Below are positions 1-10,204 of a stretch of 64,000 nt of DNA, one piece after another. The stretch is from assembly GCF_964204645.1 (NCBI RefSeq), contig NC_134032.1, forward strand, positions 5,568,275-5,632,274. The letters run 5' to 3'. Made by a program: the position numbers and the translations under genes. This DNA comes from Tubulanus polymorphus. Lineage: Eukaryota; Animalia; Nemertea. The notes under the pieces are model-generated. The model saw only the letters and a program-made list of their open reading frames with translations, was not told where the DNA came from and did not search any database. Within the stretch, counting starts at the first letter, position 1, and every line of letters begins with the position of its first letter.

Positions 1-223
1 TTCTTTAATAATTTCTTTTTCTAACATGATTTTATATAGCATTATATTATCGCAAAATATATCTGATGTTTCAATTAATTCATTATTTTCAGATTTATAA
101 CTTATTTATATTTACTCCTGAAATATCTGCTAAATTATTGTTAACAGTTAAATAATATAATATTGAATTTATATATTTATTACTCATGTCTTTCGCGGGA
201 ACTTTAATTAATCTTGTGCACAT
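1..223 (-). pseudogene. Frameshifted hypothetical virus-like ORF running off the window
   Basis: ATG at 223 gives MCTRLIKVPAKDMSNKYINSILYYLTVNNNLADISGVNINKL*. A shifted frame continues YKSENNELIETSDIFCDNIMLYKIMLEKEIIKE to base 1. Confidence 0.4.
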
Positions 224-494
224 TTATATATCAAATTTTTATTAAAATAGGTTAAAATTCAAAAAGAGTTAGAGTTCGCTGAAACCTTACGCTTTAAAAT
301 ATTTTTTTACCCTTATTGGTAATATAATTGATTAATCCTTTTCAACTGAAATAGCACGTTCGATCAATATTCAAATGAGGTGCGCCCTATTCAACTGAAT
401 ATGAAATACGGCACAGATGTTTTTTGTAAACAACCTAATACAATTACATACAGGCGGTTTGACATAGATCGAGAGAAACCGGTTCTCTAAGCGT

Positions 495-1935
495 TTAACA
501 TTCAACGTATTTTTCATTATGTGTTGAGTTCCATAATTCAACAAATGTCTTTGCTTTATCCAGTTGATCTAAATATAATGTAAATCTAGTTTATTAGATT
601 TAATTATGTTTTCCTTCTTTTCAAGAGGTCTTAAATTCTTCCAGCACCAGATTAGCTTCTTATTATAATCATCACTCATGTCAAATTTAGAAATCGGCTC
701 AATATGAAAATCGTGATCAATATGAAAGTATTCACCATAATTATCTATATTCATTTTATCGTCGAATTGATATATTATCCATGATTTGAGAAATTCATCT
801 GAACAACCCAATAAATTAGATAGTGTTTCTGAATGTGTTTCTTTGTTGAATAATTGTGTTAATCTAGACCGTAAGCATTGTTTCAATCTAAAATTAAGAT
901 CTGTTTGATATCTTTCTCTCATATATTCTGCCATATAATAATTATAATGTTCTATATTATCTTCTCGGTATTGTTTGGTATATAGTTTAAAGGCCGAGGA
1001 GTATGGATGCTAGTTAACCGGGTGGCAAACACTTGAGATCGGCCGTCCCACTTTTACAGTATCTTGTTTATAATGTTTAGAGTGAGCGAGGTTGGCTCAC
1101 CACAGAAAAGCAGGTCACACACAGTTAAATTTGACAAATTCATAAAAGTTTTCATATCAAGTTCTAAACTAATTTTAGATAATCTAGTCATAGTGGGAAT
1201 GAAAATCTGATGCTAGCGATCTTTTTTGTAGAGATAGGGCCAAGATTAAAGATTTTAGAGACATTTCAAATTTTTTGAAAATCATTAATTTTTATCCGAT
1301 TTCGATGAAATTTGGACACAACATTGATGGTAGATAGCTAAACAAGTGTACGAAATTTCAGACTGATCCATTGACCATAGAAAAAGATTTGATGTTGCCA
1401 AATTTTGGTACTATGAATGAGGCTAATGACTATAGGTATCAAATTACTGTTACTGTGCTCTGTGAGCTATACTAATTCACTGGATAACTCCTCCCTCTAT
1501 GTCATTCAAAGATTCAAATTTTGAAGGAAATACCAACTAAAAAGCTTAATTTCTCGTAGAGGAGGGCCTAAAACACATTTTTGACTGCAGAAATGAATAT
1601 ATTACACATTAATACATATGTCTGACAAAAAGGAGGGTCAAAATCGGATAACTGACAGAGAAAATAGGAGATTTCTAGTTTCAACCGTTGGAGCTCTCCA
1701 CTGCACTATTGCTTCATGGGTACTGCCATCTTTGACATTGATTGGGCTTTTATACTGCTCCTCGGCCTTTAAAACAAGTTTTACAACAATATTGAAAACC
1801 ATCTTTGCTAATCTTACGCTTACTAAATTCTGTTAATGATTTATCTAATTCACATTTAGAACACTTCTTGTAGTATATGTTTATAACACCAGTGTTATTT
1901 GTAATATTGATAATTTGTGGTTGTTCTGGTTCCAT
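495..1935 (-). pseudogene. Viral-type HNH (EndoVII-like) endonuclease with N-terminal CxxC...CxxC zinc ribbon, disrupted by a MITE
   Basis: Removing 991-1772 joins 1935-1773 to 990-569 in frame (..KKCSKCELDK..YCCKTCFKLYTKQYREDNIEHYNYYMAEYMRERY..; 194 aa). Motifs FRLKQCLRSRL, LLGCS, MNIDNYGEYFHIDH, WKNLRPL..EN..KSNK are typical of giant-virus/Polinton HNH proteins. A frameshifted tail extends to 495. Confidence 0.8.
991..1768 (+). mobile_element. Non-autonomous Kolobok-like DNA transposon (MITE), copy 1
   Basis: TIR AGGCCGAGGAG/CTCCTCGGCCT, TTAA TSD at 987-990 and 1769-1772, AG..CT termini. Homologous (inverted) to 7470-8270. Confidence 0.85.
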
Positions 1936-2012
1936 TTATTATATGTATTTTTTACTAAATTGGTTAATATTTTAGAATCCTCTTCCATTTCTTCGACCAA
2001 CGTCATCCTTTT

Positions 2013-2264
2013 TCATTCCTCGCTGCTTTTGATAAGTTGTTTCGATTCCTTGATATCAAATTCCTCAACGTATTGTTCATTATTTGGATCATTGTTCCAT
2101 AATTCAATAAATTTCTTTGCCTTTGTTAACTGTTCTGAATATAACTGTAAATATTCTAGTTTCAATTTATTCTCTAAATGTGTTTTAGTTTTATTGTGTC
2201 TTGCTTTTTGGGATTTATCTATATTGATATTACATGTTGGGCAGTAGTACTTATTTGCTTCCAT
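2013..2264 (-). CDS. Small virus-like zinc-finger protein (CxxC...H..TK.H)
   Basis: YYCPTCNINIDKSQKARHNKTKTH; intronless; its C-terminal QLTKAKKFIELWN..NEQYVE motif is shared with the HNH tail. Confidence 0.55.
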   Translation of the reverse strand: MEANKYYCPTCNINIDKSQKARHNKTKTHLENKLKLEYLQLYSEQLTKAKKFIELWNNDPNNEQYVEEFDIKESKQLIKSSEE

Positions 2265-2343
2265 TTTAATACTAAATTTTTTATTAAAATTGATTTTAGA
2301 AGTTCAATGATTTAAATGTTATTCATTTATATGATTATTTTAA

Positions 2344-2535
2344 GAGTAATAGGGGTAATGGGCTTTCAGGTTAAAGGTTGAAGGGGCGAGTGAGTAAAAA
2401 AATGAAAATAACAATAATTTACAGTTGAATTAGGAGTGTGCGCGACTAATTCAACTGTAAATTATTGTTATTTTCATTTTTTTACGAGCTCGACCCTTCG
2501 ACCTTTGATCTGAAAGCCCATTACCCCTATTACTC
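2344..2535. repeat. 192-bp near-perfect inverted repeat (hairpin, ~90-bp arms, 12-nt loop)
   Basis: GAGTAATAGGGGTAATGGGCTTTCAG...TTGAATTAG / loop 2434-2445 / CTAATTCAA...CTGAAAGCCCATTACCCCTATTACTC. Confidence 0.95.
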
Positions 2536-3303
2536 CTATCTATCTACCCTTTTGCTTTGCGAGGAGCTATAATCAAATTTTGATAAAATAATACATTTAG
2601 TTAGTATGAGTTTTTTTATGTAGTGGCTATAATATCAGTGGGAAGGCAGGAATCTGGGCCCCAAGACCACCCTCTAAATCTGCCACTGGAAAAAAAGGTT
2701 TCATGGAGAATCAGATGACACTATAGACAAGAGGCTATATATTGACATAACATGCTAAACCTAAGATCCATAAACTTAAGATCCCCAAATAGGGCCTATA
2801 GTTATTTTATCATACTTGAATGAATCCTTAATATTACGTTTGCCAGACTGGCGGAGATGTTTTGCAGTTTTTTGGGTTTGTTTGCGTGAAAGTAAGATTT
2901 TAGCAAAATCACCCTAAAAGGTTTGAATGCATTTCTATGAAATGTTTCATAGTTTACAAATTAGCAAGTCGCCTTAAAATCAAGATTGTTGATTTTCTCC
3001 AAAGTTAGTTTTATCTATCTCCAGGTGACCACTCTTGATTCGCCAAGACAACAGTCTCTTTTAATCGATTTTATTCAACTAAGAAACCCCTGAGATAACG
3101 CTCCGCGTTATAGCATTACAAGTTCCACACGTAATTTACAGGCTCCTTTCATTAATTTTTCAAATTTTTTATGCATACAGGCAGTATTTATGTTAATCTG
3201 ACCATGGTAGTTGACAGACCGCACGAAGAAGCGGCTCAATATTTCAGGGGCCTTCGGCTTTTTTTGGTTCTTAGGTTAAGTAAAGACCTGCATTGAGAGT
3301 GCA

Positions 3304-5860
3304 TTGAGGGCCGGTGCCGTGTTTCAGACCCTACCACTAATGCCAAGTGTAATGATGAGTTATAGGCATGTTCCCTCAACTGAAGGTTCAGGTTTTAGCC
3401 CTTACCACATGTTATTTGGTCAAGAAATGCGTCTACCAATAGACACGGCTTTAATTCCACGGCAATCGTTAGCTACTGATCATAAGGCATACTTATCACA
3501 TATATTAAGGCAGCTGGTCATATCACGAAATATCGCTAACGAGAATAAGAGCTCAAAATAAGTATAAAACTCAGTTCGATAAAAAGGCATCAAAACCTCA
3601 GTTTCAGATTATTGATCGCGTTTGGCTAAAAGTCATGAAAGTTAAGAAAGGAAAATCACCAAAACTGTGTAAAAAATACGTAGGTCCCTATTTCATTCAG
3701 TCAATAGCTAGCAAATGAGCTTATCAATTACGAAGTATCTGTGATAACGTTTTACTCCCATCGCATGTCAATGGGAATCGTCTTAAGTTATACAAAGATC
3801 CTTCATCTCGTCCGAATTATGAAGAGGTCGCATGGGATGGTTCAACAGCTGAAGAAAACCCTGAATTATTCAACGAGATTCATGGGCGCTTAAAATATAA
3901 ACTTAGCAATCTAGCTGACACTCCAACTGACACTCAAATTTCGGCTGACGATAACAAAGATAGACCGGTTGTTACTGAGACTTTCAACGAATCAGATATT
4001 CACAAAATTCTGCAGTACAAACTCGAAAACGGTTTACGTAAATATCGTGTGAAATGGAAGTCGCATTTAAACCGTGAAAATTCTTGGGAATTAGAAAAAT
4101 GGATCCCAAATAAAATCATTCGACACTTTCATGACAACTACGCAGCATCAGGCAAAAAACGAAAGAAACCGTGTAAAAGTAAGTTTTTCGATCGTATAAC
4201 AGACAATGGTGACAATTATCAGGAACATCGAAATGATAGATATAATAAGAATGAAAATGAGGGAATAAACAATATAATCACAGATAATCGTTGGGCTGAT
4301 AAAGTAGAGACGTGAACAACCTAGGAGAAAATTAAATGGAACGGTCATACAGGGTGTATATGTAACTAATGAACGCTCAAAGAAATTTGATAATCAGAAA
4401 TCTAGCGAAGGTTCATCACATACTCATGATGTAAATAGTGTATATTGTTCCACTCAATCGAAAACTAAGCATGATAATACAACTGAGGAAAAAATTGAGA
4501 CTAGTTCAGATATGGCTATAGAAGAGGCTATTGGGACGGGAAATCGTCGGGCGTTATGTCCATGCCCTACAGGACATACTTTAGTTGCCACTAACTTTCA
4601 GAATAATGTGCTATTCGTAAAATATTATCATGGCAGTCCATGGTACAGGGCATCGAATCGCGATTGGTTTTGAAATAAGTGATTATGGAAAAACTCTCGA
4701 ACAGCTATGGGGTATTAATCATGTCATTTCTGCGAATGAAAAGCCTCCCACCGAAATTGAACTCAGAAAATTCGGCGGACCGTTAGCCACTAGGGCCGTA
4801 TCAACTCGTTTCAACCAGGGTGTCTTAGAATATTATGTTCTATTTGGGCGCTTTGCTCCACCTTTATGGCTGCCTTGGTATGTCATACCAAGGCATCCAT
4901 ACTCTGTATGCCAGGAGGTGTTTCATAATGAAACACCTCCTGGCATACAGAGTCAGTACGCTTCGCATTTAAAATCAATTTCGTCGAAACTCAATAGTTA
5001 CGTTAGGTTTTCTTAAGTTTCGCGGATCCCCACATGAATACCAGCGAGGAATTGTTGAGCATCTTACTCGTACGTATATGTTCAGTTTATCTACGTTTTC
5101 ACGTTACTATTATTTTACGATATGAATCAGCATATTCGCTTAGTAAATTGTTTTTTTTTGTGTATTCATTGGTATTACTTCTCCTGAACAGTTTGGAGAT
5201 CGGAACATAATATTCAATGTACATAGTTCATACATTCAATTAATATATACTAGTCATTCAAAGTAGAGTGCATGAAATCTTTCTAGAAAACACGCAAATA
5301 ACCTAATTTTATGTCTTATCCTTGACATATCTGAGAGGAGTGTACAGTACGGTATGAATTTATCTAGGGTATAATATAACGTGGATTAATTGAGACTGAG
5401 ATCATATATGTTGATACAGTTAAATTATGCTGGTGGTGTTATCTTTACTCAATTACTATGGTTATTCTTTATTTACTTCTGACCACTTTTTTTTGGATGA
5501 GGATCAGTTTTTTTCCTTCGGTTGACAAGGGTAACTGTATTTGTGTTATGTCATTCCTGAACACTGCTCTGATGTCAGATGTTGCATGTTACTATCATTG
5601 CTTCACAATATTGTGTCACAAAGCTATTTCCAGTCTGTAATTGAAAGATCTTCAAAACAGAGAAATGCGTACTACATGTACTTGCAATCACCAACTAAAC
5701 TTTGCGACGCTATAACTACACAACACGACGCTAGTTTTGTTCGTTGCAGCATCAACCAGAATCCGGGGATCCTCTGCAGATCATTCAAAATTACAGTTAA
5801 TGTATCGACGCATCGTCCGTATATATAACGACAACATAACGGGGGCATAATAACTGGATC
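3304..5860 (+). mobile_element. Gypsy/Ty3 LTR retrotransposon remnant: integrase C-terminus, GPY/F motif, chromodomain, downstream ORF remnants
   Basis: SYRHVPSTEGSGFSPYHMLFGQEMRLPID; after a frameshift KLCKKYVGPYF..HVNGNRLKLY; then IHKILQYKLENGLRKYRVKWKSHLNRENSWE. Contains stops and frameshifts. Confidence 0.85.
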
Positions 5861-5864
5861 CCGT

Positions 5865-5940
5865 CTACGGACGGACGGACGACGGACGGCAAGTGAACGC
5901 AATAGCCCGTTGGGACTTAAGTCCCAAGTGGGCTAACAAA
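5865..5940 (+). mobile_element. End fragment of Helentron-type HINE (family A)
   Basis: (ACGG)n followed by hairpin TTGGGACTTAAGTCCCAAGTGGGCT; the same end occurs at ~18070, ~23125 and ~34385. Confidence 0.7.
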
Positions 5941-7209
5941 AAGTGATTTTCGATATTCATAAAAAAGGACTTTATTTAAATATTCAACAATTGTTTGTCA
6001 CTGATCACTTAACTTTCAATAACCAAAGTAGTCTCTGCTTTTCTCGGATCTCGCAGCACCTATACACTCCGAGTTACACGAATTCTAGAGCTGGTATGTG
6101 GAGTAAAAAATATTTGTTATATATTGTCTGTCTGGCAAGTGATAATCTGAGACAATCCACTCTGGGTTAAAAAGAGTTGACTGCTAAGTCAAACATGGTT
6201 AAATCTTAACATCAGTTAAGTTGTCACATAAAGTTTTCTCTAATTTTGAACCCACATTTGTATTTACAACTCATCTTGAGCGACTTTGAAAAGTTATTCA
6301 CAGAATGATCATCTCAACTAATAAGATAACCTAACTGAGTTGCACGGTTTATTTTACTTTTTTAGTGAAGTTTTTGAAGTGAACATTTCTTCAAAATCGC
6401 ATATATAAATTGCGAAAACAACCGTTAAACAAATAATGATGAAATAATATAATAAACATCATAATTTCATAAACACTTTTACAATGACATTATACTAATT
6501 AACACTAAGAAATAAATCATTTATCAATTCGCCAAACAAGTACACATAAATACCAATTAAGAATTCATTCTACATTGCAACCTCGTTATAACGAACTTCA
6601 GGTGACCTGAAAATATGTTCATTACAACCAGTTGCCGCTACTACCGATGAAAATATCCGCAAAGTTTTTTGGATGGTTCTTCCTCCAAGAAAATTTTCCA
6701 TTTGAAGCCCTATCAGAGCATCTGAGGCTATATAAAATAGCCGACAATCACAATGAAATTTGTGAAAAGTCTTTTTTTTATTTTTAATGCTGGCCACTTA
6801 ATTTCACAATAAACTACATAGTATTAGTGTAGCATGTTAGCGATGTGAGGAAAACTGGGACAGCAGGTCAACAAGGTGGTCTATTTTTAGCTGACGTCTG
6901 ATGCACGGGAAAGAATAAATGCGCAAGCAAGCAACAAATCCACGTATTTATTGACAAGTTTATTTTGATAATGGTGCTGGAAATAATTTCCTCAATATCC
7001 GGACTCCTGATTAAGCAATTTAAAAAATCTGGAATTCCAGACCAGCGGCAACTCTGTATAACCGATAGTTCTATATACATAACTATACAGCGGAACCGTT
7101 TTATATACAGCGGAACCTTGTTACACCGAACTTCAGGGTACCCGAAAATTTATAACCGTTAGTTCATCATATCCAAAATAACATTATCATAATTATCCTA
7201 TCCATCACC

Positions 7210-7344
7210 ACAGATTTTACACTTGACGAAATCCGATTCGGAACTACGATCTTTCTCGTGATCTTTCTTTTGGTGGTTTTTCAGCACGTACTCGGAGACA
7301 AAGCGTATCGGGCATGCAGAACATGGATATGAACGCTCAGCCGT
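7210..7344 (-). pseudogene. 135-bp diverged copy of ZF-gene coding sequence 8928-9062
   Basis: Same length, same orientation, only a handful of substitutions versus 8928-9062. Confidence 0.9.
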
Positions 7345-7469
7345 TCAACATTATCTAAATTATCCTATTATGGAGGAAATTCTAGGCTCATAATAACCGA
7401 TAAGTCATTATATCCAAGATCGTTATTACATATAATCAGATTTGTTAACCTTCATCGGGCGGCGCTTAA

Positions 7470-8270
7470 AGGCCCACTGGCAGTATAAAAGCCCAATCAA
7501 TGTCAGACATGGCAGTATCTTTGAACCTGTGGAGCAGTGAGGAGCTCCAACGGTTGAAACTGGAATTCTCCTATTTTCTCTGTCAGTTATCCGATTTGGA
7601 TCCTCCTTTTTGTCAGACATATGTATTAATGCATAATATATTCATTTCTGCAGTCAAAATTATGTTTTAGGCCCTCCTCTTTGAGTAATTAAGCAATTTC
7701 GTTGGTATTTTCTTCAAAATTTGAATCTTTGAATGACGTAAAGGGAGGAGTTATCCAGTGAATCAGTGTAGCTTGCACGGCACAGTAACAGTAACATGAT
7801 ACCCTAGGTCATCACTACACATAAACAAAAATATAGACTAATTCATAGAACCTAAATCTCACTACAAAAATCTTTTTTCCCGATCAAGGAATCAGTCTGA
7901 TATTTCATACACTTGTTAAGCTTTCTACCTTCAGTGTTATGCCAAAATTTCATCAAAATCGGATACAAATTGCTAATTTTTAAAAATCTCAAAATTTCGC
8001 CAAATTCTTTAATCTTGGTCCTTTTCTTACAGAAAATGATCACAAGCTTCAGATTTTCATCCCCAATAAGACTGCACCATTTAAAATTACCTCAGAACTT
8101 TATATGAAAATTTATGAATTTGTCAGATATTACAGTGTGTGACCTCTACAGTTACAATTGTGAGCCACCCTTACTCACTGTAAACATCATCAACATGTTA
8201 GTGTAGCTAGTGGGACGGCCCATCTCAAGTGCTTACCACCCGGTTAACTACTGCTCATACCAATGGGCCT
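7470..8270 (-). mobile_element. Non-autonomous Kolobok-like MITE, copy 2 (inserted at the ZF-gene stop codon)
   Basis: TIR AGGCCCACTGG/CCAATGGGCCT, TTAA TSD at 7466-7469 and 8271-8274; body homologous to 991-1768. Confidence 0.85.
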
Positions 8271-10204
8271 TTAATCATTATTTTGCGAAGATCCATCTGC
8301 AACTACTGCTGACTCATCAGGTGCCTGTAGCGATTTGACCGGCGGGGTCTGTGCAGCATTAGCAAGCACCTCCGACCCATTCTCATCGATGATCATATAC
8401 TGAATCGGACCCTGATCGACTCCAGCGGCGGCCTGGTCATCAGTCACGATTGGTTCAACCATCTCGACGGTTTGAATGACTGTTCCATCGCTGCCTGGCG
8501 GGTCGTCTGGATGATTCACTGTCACCTCGTACGTCACATACCTCATATTGCCATCATCGCGTGACCCGATCACTCGTAGTGTCGGAATCTGTTCCTCCTC
8601 GATGACCAGTTCGACCGGCGCGTTGTGTTCGACTTTCACAGACGTCGACTCAACCGATTGCGAACTAGTGGCCACTGCTGCCTCGGGAAGATCGTCAACG
8701 GGAACCATGACAGTCTCGCCGGATGTGCCTTGTGTCAGTATGTACTGCGTATCAGGTTTTTCATCTGTCTGCTCAGCTGCAGCGAGCAGCTCAGCATGCG
8801 CCTCTGCATTATCCTCTGTCACGATAACAGCATCACCACTGAGCACCTGTTCGATCATATCATCCGGCAACTCATGGATTTTCTTCATGTGGTGCACAAG
8901 ATAATGCTCTGCGAGGAACAACTTCGAACAGATTTTACACTTGACGAAATCCGACTCGGAACTACGATCTTTCTCGTGAACTTTTTTCTGGTGGTTTTTC
9001 AGCACGTACTCGGAGACAAAGCGTTTCGGGCATGCAGAACATGGATACGAACGCTCAGCCGTGTGTACAGCTTGGTGTTTCTCGAGCGCAAGTCTGTTCA
9101 TGAACCCAGCTGAACATAGGGTGCACCGGAATGGCAGAATGCCATCGTGTTGACGCTGATGTTTCAAACGTGCTGATGGATCGCTGAATCGTCGGTCGCA
9201 GACGTCGCACGCATACGGCCGGTCGCCTGAGTGAATTCGTTCGTGTCGCACGCGGTCGTTTTTCTTTGCGAAGCGCTTTGCGCAAAAGCGACACTCATAA
9301 TCTTTGATGCCAGCATGTAGACGCCCATGCTCGGTGAGCTTCCACTGGCTGAAGAAGCCCCGTCCACACTGCTGACAGAAAAATGGACGATCAGTCGAGT
9401 GCCATTTCATGTGCTGCTTCAACTGGTGTTTCAATGGGAACTTCTTCTGGCAGACGCTGCATGAAAACTCGAACAGCTCCTGGCTGACGTGTTTTGACTT
9501 GATGTGTGCGTTCAACTCGTAAACACGTCGGAACGTGATCCCACACACTGAACATGTGTGTGGTGTGTAGTCCTTTGTGTGGAACGCAGACACGTGCCAC
9601 TTTAGCGCTCCGTTTGTTGAGAATGGCTTGTTGCAGATGTCGCAGAATGGAGTCCCTGTTGACTTGTGGCTGCGGATGTGGGCGTCGTACAATGCCTTGT
9701 CATTGAATGATTGACAGCAGCCATTTTGCGGACACAAATACTTGTATTTATCGTGTCGGAGTTTGTGACGTGCAAGCACTTTGTTGTTGACGAAAAGCCG
9801 GTTGCACCGGTCACAGCGAACGCCTAGCGGGCCGGGGTGGTCGTCAATTATGTGTTGTTTCAGGCCATCAAGTCCCGTCAATGTGCAGTCACGATTGCAG
9901 AGATTACACTTGAAGCTATCTGGGGCCGTCTGCACATGCACAAGCATGTGTACAAGGAAGTCAGATTTGCTCGCGTAGCGCATGCGGCAGATCTCGCATG
10001 AGAACGGGAACTCGACGTTGTGAATGCTTCGCATGTGTGAAGTGAAGCCGTGGTGACTGGTGAATGCTCGATTGCACAGTGTACAAAGGAACTGTTCAGT
10101 GTTCTCATGATGTACAGTCTGCATGTGTGTCTGCAGGAGGTGTTCGGTCGTGAACGTCTCGTCGCAGAGGTCACAGGTGTTCAACGTAGCATTTAAATCA
10201 GTGC
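8271..10204 (-). CDS. ZF gene last coding exon (15 C2H2 fingers plus acidic C-terminus)
   Basis: 637-aa ORF; acceptor TTTTAG ending at 10205 (phase 1); TGEKP-like linkers (HSGDRPY, HAGIKDY); stop TAA at 8273-8271. Confidence 0.95.

Larger units (their letters stand above)
1..2600 (-). mobile_element. Endogenous DNA-virus-like segment (Polinton/Maverick/adintovirus- or NCLDV-like), truncated by the window start
   Basis: Very AT-rich block of short, closely spaced, intronless minus-strand ORFs including a viral-type HNH endonuclease and a zinc-finger ORF. Shared motif upstream of the ATGs and a long hairpin at the edge. No capsid or polymerase gene inside the window. Confidence 0.6.

Noticed and set aside
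240-495. Possible Fanzor/TnpB-like guide RNA downstream of the HNH gene
   Set aside because: No RuvC motifs in the protein and no convincing structure or element end visible.
1618-1836. Paired ORFs MSDKKE.. (also 7426-7620)
   Set aside because: They lie in and run out of the MITE end; the similarity reflects the repeat, not a gene.
8548-10174. Overlapping antisense or alternate-frame ORFs over the ZF exon (also 35368-36267)
   Set aside because: Shadow ORFs of GC-richer coding sequence with no motifs.
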